Source: Bacteroidales bacterium (GTDB lineage: Bacteria; Bacteroidota; Bacteroidia; Bacteroidales; Azobacteroidaceae). Taken from it: a DNA stretch of 64,000 nt. The DNA lies in NCBI GenBank assembly GCA_031553835.1, contig JAVBKX010000009.1, forward strand, positions 37,300-101,299. Direction: 5' to 3'. The stretch's first letter is position 1. Every line of letters starts with the position of its first letter. Under the pieces are notes generated by a model, which saw nothing but the letters and a program-made list of their open reading frames with translations, made no database searches and had not been told where the DNA came from. The position numbers and the translations under genes are program-made. Below, in pieces: positions 8,634 to 18,708 of this stretch.

Positions 8634-10100
8634 ATGAACAACTTAAACGATATAAAATATATTTATTTCCTTGGCGCCGGAGGCATCGGTATGAGCGCGC
8701 TCGTCCGCTATTTCCTCTCAAAAGGGAAAATGGTAGCCGGATATGACCGTACGGAAACCGAACTGACAAAACAACTTAATCAGGAAGGGGCCAATATTCA
8801 TTACGACGATAATGTCGATGCAATTCCCGAAGCATTCAAAAATAAGGAAGAATCTTTAATTGTATTGACTCCGGCTGTTCCAAACGACCATTCTGAATTT
8901 TGTTTTTTCCGCGACAATGGTTTCAAAATCTTAAAACGGGCGCAAGTGTTGGGAGAAATCACTGAAACCAACCGGGGAATTTGTATTGCCGGAACCCATG
9001 GTAAAACAACGACCTCTTCCATGACTGCGCATTTATTGAAACAATCGCATATTGATTGTAACGCATTCTTAGGCGGAATTCTGAAAAATTACGACAATAA
9101 CCTGTTGCTGTCCGACAAAAGTGATTTAACTGTTATCGAAGCCGACGAGTACGACCGTTCTTTTCACTGGTTGTCCCCTTATATGGCTGTCATCACATCG
9201 GTCGATCCCGACCATTTGGATATTTACGGTACAGAAAAAGCGTATCGCGAAAGTTTCGTTCATTTTACTTCTTTAATCCGCGAAAATGGAGTTTTACTAA
9301 TAAAAGAAGGTATTGATCTTCAACCGAAATTGAAAAAAGGAGTAAAACTATATAAATATTCAGGTTCTTTCCTCCCCCTGCCCCCTCCAGAGGGGGATAA
9401 GGCTGGCGCAAGCTATCCCCCTCTGGAGGGGGCAGGGGGAGGACAATTCCCAAACCACCCTGATTTCTATGCTCAAAATATTCAAATCAAAAACGGAGAA
9501 ATTTATTTCGACTTTGTTACTCCAGGCGAAACTATTACCCATATTCAACTTGGCGTTCCGGTGAGAATCAATATTGAAAACGGAATCGCCGCCATGGCAT
9601 TGGCCTGGCTCAACGGAGCAACAGCCGAAGAATTGCGCGCCGGCATGGCCTCATTCGAAGGAGCTAAACGACGATTCGATTTTCATTTAAAAACCGATAA
9701 AATCGTTTTAATCGACGATTATGCGCATCATCCCGAAGAATTAAGCGCCAGTATCAATTCAGTCAAAGAACTGTATCCCAAGCGGAAACTGACCGTTATC
9801 TTCCAACCCCATCTATTTTCTCGTACCCGGGATTTCTATAAAGAATTCGCAGAATCATTATCTTTGTCGGATGATGTAATGTTGCTTGATATTTATCCGG
9901 CACGGGAAAAACCCATTCCGGGAATTACCTCGCAATTGATTTTAGATCTTGTAACGTCCAACAGCAAACAAATATGCAGCAAAGCAAATTTGCTGAATAT
10001 TCTGGAACAAGGACAATATGAGGTCGTTTTAATTGCCGGAGCGGGAGATATCGACACAATGGTTTTACCCATTAAACAATTATTAGCTACAAAATGCTGA
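8634..10100 (+). CDS. murC: UDP-N-acetylmuramate--L-alanine ligase, carrying an in-frame insertion of about 29 aa
   Basis: GAGGIGMSAL Rossmann motif, P-loop IAGTHGKTTTSSM, DDYAHHP. 488 aa. The segment SFLPLPPPEGDKAGASYPPLEGAGGGQFP (aa 245-273) is encoded by the palindrome at 9370-9443 and its flanks. Confidence 0.92.
   Translation: MNNLNDIKYIYFLGAGGIGMSALVRYFLSKGKMVAGYDRTETELTKQLNQEGANIHYDDNVDAIPEAFKNKEESLIVLTPAVPNDHSEFCFFRDNGFKILKRAQVLGEITETNRGICIAGTHGKTTTSSMTAHLLKQSHIDCNAFLGGILKNYDNNLLLSDKSDLTVIEADEYDRSFHWLSPYMAVITSVDPDHLDIYGTEKAYRESFVHFTSLIRENGVLLIKEGIDLQPKLKKGVKLYKYSGSFLPLPPPEGDKAGASYPPLEGAGGGQFPNHPDFYAQNIQIKNGEIYFDFVTPGETITHIQLGVPVRINIENGIAAMALAWLNGATAEELRAGMASFEGAKRRFDFHLKTDKIVLIDDYAHHPEELSASINSVKELYPKRKLTVIFQPHLFSRTRDFYKEFAESLSLSDDVMLLDIYPAREKPIPGITSQLILDLVTSNSKQICSKANLLNILEQGQYEVVLIAGAGDIDTMVLPIKQLLATKC
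9370..9443. repeat. GC-rich perfect palindrome (30-bp arms, 14-nt loop) inserted in-frame in murC; MITE/RPE-like
   Basis: TCCTCCCCCTGCCCCCTCCAGAGGGGGATA (9370-9399) is the exact reverse complement of TATCCCCCTCTGGAGGGGGCAGGGGGAGGA (9414-9443). Arms are about 75% GC in an AT-rich genome. Confidence 0.9.
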
Positions 10101-10828
10101 AAAAAATTGCAGCCATATCACTTGCATCATTCCTGTTGGCATATATTATTTTTGCCATGCTGGTTTTAGGCCCGAAGGAAAATGAAAATATCTGTACCGA
10201 TGTAGATGTGGTCGTCTTAGATACATTAGATCGCCATTTTATTGATAATAAAGACATCAATTCAGCTCTCAAAAAAGCAGACCTTTCCCCTATCGGAAAA
10301 AAAATGAATGATATCAATACTGCCATTATTGAGAAAAAATTAGCGGAAAATCAACTAATCAAGCGAGTGGAATGTTATAAAACGGTCAACAACCATATAA
10401 AAATTGAAATACATCAGAAAGTGCCTTTGCTTCGGGTAATGAGTGATGCGGGCGATTTTTATGTAGATACCGAAGGAGAAACTATGCCGGCAGTATTCGG
10501 ACTGGTCGCTTATCTCCCGTTGGTGACCGGTAGCATTGATAAAGAATTTGCAAAAACCAAATTATATGATTTCGCATTGTTTTTGCAGGATAATAAGTTT
10601 TGGAATGCTCAAATTGAACAAATTCATGTGTTGCCAAATAAAGACATCGAATTGACTCCCCGAGTGGGACGACATCGTATTTTGTTAGGAACATTGGATG
10701 ATTATCCCGAAAAACTGGACAAACTAAAACTTTTTTACGAAAAAGGATTGAATCAGGTAGGTTGGAACCAATATTCGGTTATCAACTTAAAATATAAAAA
10801 CCAGGTGGTTTGCACAAAAAACAATTGA
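10094..10828 (+). CDS. ftsQ: Cell-division protein FtsQ-like (single TM + POTRA-like region)
   Basis: 244 aa with N-terminal TM segment IAAISLASFLLAYIIFAMLVL. Overlaps the murC stop by 7 nt; lies between murC and ftsA. Confidence 0.75.
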   Translation: MLKKIAAISLASFLLAYIIFAMLVLGPKENENICTDVDVVVLDTLDRHFIDNKDINSALKKADLSPIGKKMNDINTAIIEKKLAENQLIKRVECYKTVNNHIKIEIHQKVPLLRVMSDAGDFYVDTEGETMPAVFGLVAYLPLVTGSIDKEFAKTKLYDFALFLQDNKFWNAQIEQIHVLPNKDIELTPRVGRHRILLGTLDDYPEKLDKLKLFYEKGLNQVGWNQYSVINLKYKNQVVCTKNN

Positions 10829-10833
10829 AAGTG

Positions 10834-10897
10834 GAGAATTGAAAATGAATTGGTAAGCGCTTTCATTTTCAACTCTCAACTCTTAATTCTCAATTAA
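10834..10897. repeat. Hairpin plus heptamer tract (RC of the AGARTTG family) in the ftsQ-ftsA spacer
   Basis: GAGAATTGAAAATGAA (10834-10849) pairs with TTCATTTTCAACTCTC (10862-10877), 15/16. The right arm continues as TCAACTC TCAACTC TTAATTC TCAATTA. Confidence 0.8.
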
Positions 10898-10906
10898 TTA
10901 AGGATT

Positions 10907-12325
10907 ATGGAACAAACAGGATTTATCGCAGCTATCGATTTGGGTTCATCCAAAATCGTTGCCATGGCAGGAAGAAAAAACCAGGAAGGAAAATTAGCCA
11001 TTCTATACAAAGAAGAAATAGAATCGGATACTTGCATCCGGCGCGGCCGTATTTATAACCTGGAAGAAACTCAACGTAAAATCAGTAGTTTAATATTAAA
11101 ACTGGAAAGCAAATTTCCTCAAAAATCCAGAATAGAAAAAATATATATCGGCATTGGAGGCCAATCGCTCCAAACCGAAATATGTACTGTATTAAGAAAT
11201 TTCACAGAAGAGGGAGGCATCATTTTGAACGAAGCAATCTTACAATCGATTCGGAAAGAATGTGAATCATACGAACGGGATTCGGAAATGCTCGACATTA
11301 TATCTGCCGAATACTTCCTGGATGAACAGGATGTCCCGGTAAAAGATCCGGTAGGACTCGCCTGCTCTTCTATCGAAGCCCAATTCAAATTGATTGTTAC
11401 CAAACCGGCTAAAAAATTCCTGGCCGATAGCCTGGAAAAAGCCAGGACTACTGTCGCCGGTTATGTGATCGGCCCCATGGCAACTGCCAATGCCGTATTG
11501 AATGATGAAGATAAAAAAAATGGCTGCGCTTTGGTCGAAATCGGAGCGGGAGTCACTTACCTCTCAATTTACAAACAAGGGACACTGAAAGAGTTGATCA
11601 CTATCCCAATGGGCGGAATTTCCATCACCAAAGATATTGCCAGCCTCAACATTTCGATGAAAGAGGCTGAAAATCTCAAAATAAAATATGGAACCGCTAT
11701 CGCCGACCCGGATGAAGGAAACAAGACGATCCCGGTGGTCAACCCTGAAAATAACGGACCGAAAGAAATTGAATTCAAACTGCTTGAACAAATTATTGAA
11801 GCAAGAATAAATGAAATCATAGCCAACGTACAGCAGCAGCTCCGGTTGTCGAAACATGAGAATGGCCTCAACGCCGGTATTATACTTACCGGAGGAGGTT
11901 CTCAATTGAATAAAATTGCTGCCGCTTTCCGAAATAAAATGAAGTACGATATTCGTTTGGCTGTACCCAAACATCAGCTATTTCAAAAAGCAGAAGAAGA
12001 ATACAATAATCCGGCTTATTCGGAAATGATCGGTATCTTATTGGCAGGTTCGGAAAATTGTGTGAAAGTGATAGAACCCGCTCCCACCCCACCCGTTACA
12101 ACTCCTTCGCCTGCTCCTGAGCAAGGTAGTTTGTTCCGAGACGACGAAGTAAAAATAGAACAACCGGCAGGAACAGGCAAAAAACAAGATGGCGACACAA
12201 AATCCGGAGGAGGACTCTTTTCCCGATTCAAAAGAGGTGTGAAAAATACAATGGATAGCGCTTCCAAATCCCTTTTTGATGAAGATTTGGATGGAAGAAA
12301 AAATGAAGAAAATACAGAAAAATAA
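10907..12325 (+). CDS. ftsA: Cell-division protein FtsA (actin-like ATPase)
   Basis: IAAIDLGSSKIV and GGGSQL motifs. Pro-rich/charged C-terminal tail with an amphipathic GGLFSRFKRGVKN segment; dcw position. Confidence 0.9.
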   Translation: MEQTGFIAAIDLGSSKIVAMAGRKNQEGKLAILYKEEIESDTCIRRGRIYNLEETQRKISSLILKLESKFPQKSRIEKIYIGIGGQSLQTEICTVLRNFTEEGGIILNEAILQSIRKECESYERDSEMLDIISAEYFLDEQDVPVKDPVGLACSSIEAQFKLIVTKPAKKFLADSLEKARTTVAGYVIGPMATANAVLNDEDKKNGCALVEIGAGVTYLSIYKQGTLKELITIPMGGISITKDIASLNISMKEAENLKIKYGTAIADPDEGNKTIPVVNPENNGPKEIEFKLLEQIIEARINEIIANVQQQLRLSKHENGLNAGIILTGGGSQLNKIAAAFRNKMKYDIRLAVPKHQLFQKAEEEYNNPAYSEMIGILLAGSENCVKVIEPAPTPPVTTPSPAPEQGSLFRDDEVKIEQPAGTGKKQDGDTKSGGGLFSRFKRGVKNTMDSASKSLFDEDLDGRKNEENTEK

Positions 12326-12346
12326 AACCATAGGAATTTAATCGTT

Positions 12347-13564
12347 ATGGAAAAAGAAATATTAAAATTCAATTACCCGACAGAAAAACCTTCGATCATC
12401 AAAGTCATCGGAGTTGGCGGCGGCGGCGGAAATGCTGTAACTCACATGTATAGAGAAGGAATACGGGACGTTAATTTCGTGCTGTGTAATACCGACGACC
12501 AGGCTTTGCAAAAAAGTGAAGTCCCGGTAAAAATTCAATTGGGAAAAAATGTAACAGAAGGATTGGGAGCCGGAAACAGACCTGAAAAAGCGCAATTAGC
12601 CGCGGAAGAAAGCGCCAGGGAAATCGAAATGTTGTTAAGCGACGGTACCAAAATGGTATTTATTACTGCGGGAATGGGTGGAGGAACCGGTACCGGAGCT
12701 GCTCCGGTGATTGCGAAAATCGCCAAAAATATGAATATCTTAACCGTTGGCATTGTTACCATTCCTTTCATATTTGAAGGTGCGCCCAAAATCATACAAG
12801 CATTGAAAGGCGTTAAAAAAATAGCGGAAAGTGTCGATGCCCTCCTGGTTATCAACAATGAACGCCTCCGGGAAATTTACCAGGACATGGGAGCAACGGT
12901 AAAAGATGCTTTCAGAAAAGCAGATAACACCTTGACAGATGCCGCTAAAAGTATCGCCGAAACCATTACAATTCCCGGCGATATCAATCTCGACTTTGCC
13001 GATGTACGCACTATATTAAAAGATGGAGGAGTAGCCATTATGAGTAGCGGGTCAGCCTCCGGATCAAACCGTCTTTCCATGGCGATTGAAAATGCATTGA
13101 ATTCACCGTTGTTAAATAACAGCGATATTTACAATGCCAAAAAGATATTGTTCAATATCGTTTGCAGTAGCAATACTCCTCTTTTAATTGACGAAATGAA
13201 TGAGGTTCACGACTTTATGTCTAATTTTGGCACAGATATTGAGGTTATCTGGGGAACTGCGATAGACGAAACGCTGGAAGGAAATATCAAAATTACGGTG
13301 CTTGCCACCGGATTCGGAACCGATGATGTGGAAGATAGCTTTTTACGTTCTTTGCTTGATAATGAAGATTTTGCAAGAAAAGAACAGGAGAAAAAGTTAA
13401 TGGAAGAATATTACGGGAAAGATATATGGGAAAAAATGAATAAAAAAACGACTCCCAAACCGCATCTTTTTACTGCTGAAGAATTAGACGATGACAAGTT
13501 TATTGATTTGGTGATCAACAATCCGGCTTACAATCGTAATCCGGCAATATTAATGAAACAATGA
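12347..13564 (+). CDS. ftsZ: Cell-division GTPase FtsZ
   Basis: VIGVGGGGGNAV and tubulin signature GGGTGTGAAPVIA. Confidence 0.95.
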   Translation: MEKEILKFNYPTEKPSIIKVIGVGGGGGNAVTHMYREGIRDVNFVLCNTDDQALQKSEVPVKIQLGKNVTEGLGAGNRPEKAQLAAEESAREIEMLLSDGTKMVFITAGMGGGTGTGAAPVIAKIAKNMNILTVGIVTIPFIFEGAPKIIQALKGVKKIAESVDALLVINNERLREIYQDMGATVKDAFRKADNTLTDAAKSIAETITIPGDINLDFADVRTILKDGGVAIMSSGSASGSNRLSMAIENALNSPLLNNSDIYNAKKILFNIVCSSNTPLLIDEMNEVHDFMSNFGTDIEVIWGTAIDETLEGNIKITVLATGFGTDDVEDSFLRSLLDNEDFARKEQEKKLMEEYYGKDIWEKMNKKTTPKPHLFTAEELDDDKFIDLVINNPAYNRNPAILMKQ

Positions 13565-13577
13565 TAATATTATAATT

Positions 13578-14027
13578 ATGAATTTATTTGATAAAATCAG
13601 CGAAGATATTAAAAATGCAATGTTGGCTAAAGATAAAATCAGACTTGAAGCATTGCGGGGTGTAAAAAAGGAATTTTTAGAGGCAAAAACCGCTAAAGGA
13701 GCCGAAGGGGATTTAACGGACGAAGCGGCCGTAAAAATCCTTCAAAAAATGGTGAAACAACGCAAAGACAGCGCAACTATTTATACCGAACAAAATCGTC
13801 CGGAACTGGCCGAAAAAGAATTGGCTGAAGTAGCCGTGCTGGAATCGTACCTGCCCAAACAAATGTCGGCAGAAGAATTGGAAAATGCAATCCGGGAGAT
13901 TATTACTCAGACCGGTGCCACTTCTGCTAAAGACATGGGAAAAGTAATGGGAGTAGCTACCAAACAATTGACCGGATTGACAGAAGGAAGAGCTATCTCC
14001 GAAATGGTCAAAAAATTATTACAATAA
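13578..14027 (+). CDS. GatB/YqeY domain protein
   Basis: 149 aa. The N-terminus MNLFDKISEDIKNAMLAKDKIRLEALRGVKKEF matches the YqeY-family pattern. Confidence 0.75.
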   Translation: MNLFDKISEDIKNAMLAKDKIRLEALRGVKKEFLEAKTAKGAEGDLTDEAAVKILQKMVKQRKDSATIYTEQNRPELAEKELAEVAVLESYLPKQMSAEELENAIREIITQTGATSAKDMGKVMGVATKQLTGLTEGRAISEMVKKLLQ

Positions 14028-14039
14028 ATACATTTACAC

Positions 14040-16082
14040 ATGAAATCAAGATTATTATTTTTAACCGGATTATTGCTCATAATATCCGGATTTATTACTT
14101 CCGTCCTGGCGGTTAAGGCATACCCTTACCCGATGGAAGTACAACAACCCAATGGGGAAACGATTTCAATTCAAGCGCATGGAGATGAATATTTTCATTA
14201 TACAACTGCCGCCAATGGCTACTTGATTATGAAAGACGGTGAAGGTTATTACCGGTATGCCAATATTTCTGAAGAAGGAGCTTTAATTCCCGGCGATATT
14301 ATCGTTTCCAAATCTACCTTACGAAGTGATATATCCGGTTTAATTACCCCATCTTCCCCCGAATTCAAAGAAAAAATACAGCAACCTGCCATGGGTAGAA
14401 TGATCGAACAAAAGTTACAAAATACGATTGAAAATAAATCGTTTACTCCATCATCTGTTTCTTCATTGCGTTCTTCCAACAACGAACAGGCTGTTACTCC
14501 TACTCCTTTTAAGATGAAAGCATTGGTGATCCTTGCCAATTTTACTGATAAAAAATTTTCTACTTCCAATGCTAAACAAGCGTTTACCAACCTGTTAAAT
14601 CAGGTAAATTACACGGACAATGGAGCTACCGGCAGCGCCCGCGATTATTTTATTGCTAATTCCGATGGAAATTTCGATCCCGAATTTGTGGTGTATGGTC
14701 CGGTAGAACTTCCGAATAATATGGCATATTATGGAGGAAATAATGAAGATGGATCCGACAAAAATGCCAATCAAATGATTGTTGATGCTTGTAAAGCTGC
14801 CAATACAGCTTATCCGGATTTGAATTTTAATGACTATGCGGTAAACGTGGAAGGCTATGGAGCTGTATTAAGGAATGTATTTGTATTTTATGCCGGATAT
14901 AATGAAGCGGAAAGTTCCGAAGTAGATCCCAATACTATTTGGCCTCACAAATCAAGCGTATTTAACAATAGCGTTCGGATAGATAATGTACGCCTGGCCG
15001 ACTACGCCTGTACTTCCGAATTGCAGGGCAATAAAACTCAATCCAAAGGAATGGCGCCTATAGGAACATTTACACATGAATTTGGACACGTATTGGGTTT
15101 GCCCGACTTTTATGATGCTAATGGCGAACAAGATGGTCTTAATGCAGGAGTCGGTGACTGGAGTATTATGGATCAGGGTAATTATCTGAATAATGGAAGA
15201 ACTCCTCCCTGTTACTCTGCTACCGAACGTTATTTCTTATCTATATTATGGTATGAATCTATAGATTGGATGGCAGATTTGGCTGTTTTACTTCCTGGCG
15301 CCTCTACTGCATCCATGGAACTCTCCCCTATTACTTCGCCTTTAACTGAAGACAAGTTCCGGGGATTTATGGTGGCGACTCCAAAACAGACAGAAGACTT
15401 TATTTATGAATATTTCATGCTGGAATGCAGAAAAAAAACAGGATGGGATGCTTACCTTCCCGGCGAAGGTATGTTGGTATTCCATATCGATTGGGATAAT
15501 ACAACCCAATATACTGTCAACTATGGTACGCAACAATATACAGCTACTGCAGCCAATCTGTGGTCTATGGGTCTTGCCAATCTTATAGGGAACCGACCGC
15601 TTTACGATTTGATTAAAGGAAATAATGAACAATTTTCAACGCAAAACATTGGCGGTACCAACTATGCATATTTTAAAAATTATGCGGGACATCCGTTTCC
15701 CGGTTCATCCAACAATACATCCATATCTGATGCCACAACTCCCAATTTTCGTTCCTGGGACGGTAGTTTATCCGGTATGAATATTTCGAACATAATGAAA
15801 AAAAGTGATGGTTCCATTATTTTTAACATGAAGAAAGAAACTTCTGCAATACTTGTGTTGCAACAAAATCAGCCGGCAGTATTTGCTCAAAACCAGGAAA
15901 TATATTTCAAAAATTTATCCGGAAATTCATCTTTCGAACTATATGATATAAGCGGAAGAATGCTGGCAAAAAAACAGCTTTCTGCTTCGCAACATACAGA
16001 ACCTGTGAGTTCTAAAGGAATCTATATTGTAAAAGTAAATACCGACGGACAATCATTCTCTTACAAAATAGCGCTTCAATAA
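14040..16082 (+). CDS. Secreted M6 (immune inhibitor A-like) zinc metalloprotease with T9SS C-terminal domain
   Basis: Signal peptide and HExxH site THEFGHVLGLPDFYD. The last ~80 aa (FELYDISGRMLAKKQL...GIYIVKVNTDGQSFSYKIALQ) resemble a T9SS sorting domain. Confidence 0.75.
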   Translation: MKSRLLFLTGLLLIISGFITSVLAVKAYPYPMEVQQPNGETISIQAHGDEYFHYTTAANGYLIMKDGEGYYRYANISEEGALIPGDIIVSKSTLRSDISGLITPSSPEFKEKIQQPAMGRMIEQKLQNTIENKSFTPSSVSSLRSSNNEQAVTPTPFKMKALVILANFTDKKFSTSNAKQAFTNLLNQVNYTDNGATGSARDYFIANSDGNFDPEFVVYGPVELPNNMAYYGGNNEDGSDKNANQMIVDACKAANTAYPDLNFNDYAVNVEGYGAVLRNVFVFYAGYNEAESSEVDPNTIWPHKSSVFNNSVRIDNVRLADYACTSELQGNKTQSKGMAPIGTFTHEFGHVLGLPDFYDANGEQDGLNAGVGDWSIMDQGNYLNNGRTPPCYSATERYFLSILWYESIDWMADLAVLLPGASTASMELSPITSPLTEDKFRGFMVATPKQTEDFIYEYFMLECRKKTGWDAYLPGEGMLVFHIDWDNTTQYTVNYGTQQYTATAANLWSMGLANLIGNRPLYDLIKGNNEQFSTQNIGGTNYAYFKNYAGHPFPGSSNNTSISDATTPNFRSWDGSLSGMNISNIMKKSDGSIIFNMKKETSAILVLQQNQPAVFAQNQEIYFKNLSGNSSFELYDISGRMLAKKQLSASQHTEPVSSKGIYIVKVNTDGQSFSYKIALQ

Positions 16083-16102
16083 AATTTGCGAAGAAAACAG
16101 GC

Positions 16103-16146
16103 AAAAGCCAAACGAGGATAAATTCTTTTGTTTGGCTTTTTTGTTT
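16103..16146. terminator. Bidirectional intrinsic terminator between convergent genes
   Basis: AAAAGCCAAAC (16103-16113) pairs perfectly with GTTTGGCTTTT (16130-16140), followed by TTGTTTT. Confidence 0.7.
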
Positions 16147-18030
16147 TCACATATCCATTTCAATATTAATTTCAGTACCTTTACCCGGTTTGGAGAAAAT
16201 GTCTAACCGCCCGTCGAAAACTAAAAGATAAGACCGTATGTTATCCATACCGATGCCCGGCGCAACTGTCTGCGGATCAAAACCGCAACCATTGTCCATA
16301 ACCGAAAGGTAAACCGTTTTTTCATCCATATTAAGCAGCACATCGATCCGGGATGCCTTCGCATGTTTCAAAGCATTGTTAATGAGTTCGCAGGCACAAT
16401 TGTACAATGCATATTCTTTGTCGGAATCAAAGCGATGATCATATCCGTTGAATTGAAATTCCACATTCGGGATAAAACGGCAAAATTCTTCTAAAGCAGC
16501 TGTCAAACCTTCGCTGTTTAAAACGAACGACTTGACATGATATACCACCCGTCGCAAATCGGTAATGGATTTTTCCAATACATCGAAGGCTTTGTCAAAA
16601 TATTCTTTTTCTTTACGTGCTGTATCAGAATAAAGTTTCATATTATTTTTCACAACTGTCAACAGCGTCCCAACATTATCGTGGAGGTCACGGGCGATTA
16701 AATCGCGTTCGGTTTTTTCCGCTTTCAATGCCGCATCTTTGGCGACAAGTTCTTTTTCCTGTTCCAACTGTTTTACTTTTTGCTCTGCTATTTGACGCTT
16801 CTGCAGAGTGGAGCGATGGCGATAAATCAAAAGACCTATGGCCGACAATAAGGCAAATACCACAACGGCACCCAATGCAAGGTATAATTTTTTATCTTTT
16901 TCCAACGCAGCTATGCGCATCGCTTTCTTTTCGGTTTCGTATTTGACCTCCATATTGGCTAAAGATTCAGTCATTTGCTTGTCATTTCCTTTTTGCATTA
17001 TAGCCTGATATTTCGCAATGAATTTTTCGGCTTTCTGTTTGTTCCCTAAATATATATTGGCAATAGCCAGATTTAATGCCGCAAATCCTCCTTCATTGAT
17101 ACTGGTTGAATCTACGGCCCATGCTTTGGATGCCATTTCATCGCAATCCTTATAGCGTCCTAACATCCGGTAAATCTCGGCCAGGGTATGCCATGACTGG
17201 AGTAAATGCCAGGTTGCATTAGATTCTTCAGCAATTTGCAATGTTCTGGAAGCATATTTCAATGCCAATTCATATTCTTTTTTACCACAATAGTTTACCG
17301 CCAAAGATTGGGCGCTAAGTAATTCGTACCCGGTGTTGTGAAGTTTTCGGCTTATTTCCAGCGATTTTTCACAAAACTCTATGGCTTTATCTGCATCATT
17401 TTTGTCATTATAAACAGTCCCTAAAGCATGATAAGCTACCATTTCTGCATATTCTGAATTTAATTTATGGGCAACCTCCAAGGCCTCATTAAGATATGCT
17501 TCTGCATGCTCCAGGTGATTCAATGTTCGGTGTATAACGCCGAGATCGTTCAATATAAGCGCCCGAAACATCGTTATAGTATCACTGACTTCCAGGGCTT
17601 TCATAAAGAAATCAGCCGCTGTTGTGAAATCATCCTGCAGCCTGTACAGAGTACCCAAACCGCCGTATGCTCCTGCAATAAGCTCTTTATCATCAATCTT
17701 AATAGCCTCTTCCAGGTAGTTGTTTAAATAAACATACGATGTATCAAAACTATTTTTGTAGTAATAAGATATGCCCAGCAGGTTACTGAAAGTGGCAATC
17801 CGCCTCCTATTATCTGTTTTTTTAGAGAGTGATAATCCAATATTTGAATATTCGATACATTTATCATAATAATTGTTGACACAAAACCGGCCTATCTCCC
17901 AACATATATCAATTTTTTCATCCTCGGTCATTTCCTTTGTATTCAATACATTGACTAATGAATCGATATTAACCGCTTGTCCATTAAAAAAAACAAATGT
18001 TAAAAAAAGGAGCAATACTATTTTTTTCAT
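16147..18030 (-). CDS. TPR-repeat sensor histidine kinase (HisKA_3/NarL-type)
   Basis: Signal peptide, ~350 aa of TPR-like repeats, TM segment LALGAVVVFALLSAIGLLIY, H-box DLHDNVGTLL, and HATPase motifs MDNGCGF and GIGMDNIRS. Confidence 0.85.
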   Translation of the reverse strand: MKKIVLLLFLTFVFFNGQAVNIDSLVNVLNTKEMTEDEKIDICWEIGRFCVNNYYDKCIEYSNIGLSLSKKTDNRRRIATFSNLLGISYYYKNSFDTSYVYLNNYLEEAIKIDDKELIAGAYGGLGTLYRLQDDFTTAADFFMKALEVSDTITMFRALILNDLGVIHRTLNHLEHAEAYLNEALEVAHKLNSEYAEMVAYHALGTVYNDKNDADKAIEFCEKSLEISRKLHNTGYELLSAQSLAVNYCGKKEYELALKYASRTLQIAEESNATWHLLQSWHTLAEIYRMLGRYKDCDEMASKAWAVDSTSINEGGFAALNLAIANIYLGNKQKAEKFIAKYQAIMQKGNDKQMTESLANMEVKYETEKKAMRIAALEKDKKLYLALGAVVVFALLSAIGLLIYRHRSTLQKRQIAEQKVKQLEQEKELVAKDAALKAEKTERDLIARDLHDNVGTLLTVVKNNMKLYSDTARKEKEYFDKAFDVLEKSITDLRRVVYHVKSFVLNSEGLTAALEEFCRFIPNVEFQFNGYDHRFDSDKEYALYNCACELINNALKHAKASRIDVLLNMDEKTVYLSVMDNGCGFDPQTVAPGIGMDNIRSYLLVFDGRLDIFSKPGKGTEINIEMDM

Positions 18031-18045
18031 GATAAATAAATTTTC

Positions 18046-18660
18046 TTATTTTATAAAACCTTCTTTTCGCGCTTTATCAACCAATTCAATCCTGTTTTTC
18101 GCACCTAATTTAAGATGCAGTTTCTTTTGAAACGAAAGCACGGTCGAAAGGGCGATTTCCATTTGCTCTGCAATTTGGGGATCACTTAACCCTTTGGCAA
18201 CGTGTTGCAATGTTTCCATTTCACGCAGTGAAAGAGTTACGGCTTCTTTTGTCGTCTTTTTGAGAATCTGCTCCATTTTCCTGCTTATATATTGTTCATT
18301 GTTCATTACAGCATGAATGGCTTCAAGCACCTCGCTCACAGCTTCATTCTTTGTAATGTATCCCGATGCGCCGTTTTTAAACATATTCAAAACACACGAT
18401 TGTTCGTCGTGACAAGTAAGGGCAATAATTTTCAGTTGCGGATAATTACTGTGAATCTCAGCACAAAACGTAACTCCGTCCCCATCGGGCATATTAATAT
18501 CCAATAATAATACATCAGGCTGATTAAAGGCTAATGCTTTCCGGCATTCCGACAATTTATTGGAAAATCCTGTAACCTGCGAAAAACCGGATGCATTGAT
18601 AACAGGTATCAACAATTCCACCACCATTTCATGATCATCTGTAATGTGAACATTTATCAT
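18046..18660 (-). CDS. LuxR/NarL-family response regulator
   Basis: ORF 18046..18774 trimmed to the ATG at 18660 (MINVHITDDHEMV). Receiver Asp in DVLLLDINMPDGDG; C-terminal LuxR HTH (LSLREMETLQHVAKGLSDPQIAEQM). Confidence 0.85.
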   Translation of the reverse strand: MINVHITDDHEMVVELLIPVINASGFSQVTGFSNKLSECRKALAFNQPDVLLLDINMPDGDGVTFCAEIHSNYPQLKIIALTCHDEQSCVLNMFKNGASGYITKNEAVSEVLEAIHAVMNNEQYISRKMEQILKKTTKEAVTLSLREMETLQHVAKGLSDPQIAEQMEIALSTVLSFQKKLHLKLGAKNRIELVDKARKEGFIK

Positions 18661-18708
18661 AACTGTATTAATTTTTTTGCATAGGTACGTATTATGTAAA
18701 ATCACGAC

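Noticed and set aside
9265-9548. Minus-strand ORFs 9265..9453 and 9360..9548 across the murC insertion.
   Set aside because: They exist only because the palindrome reads almost identically on both strands. They lie wholly inside the well-supported murC frame.
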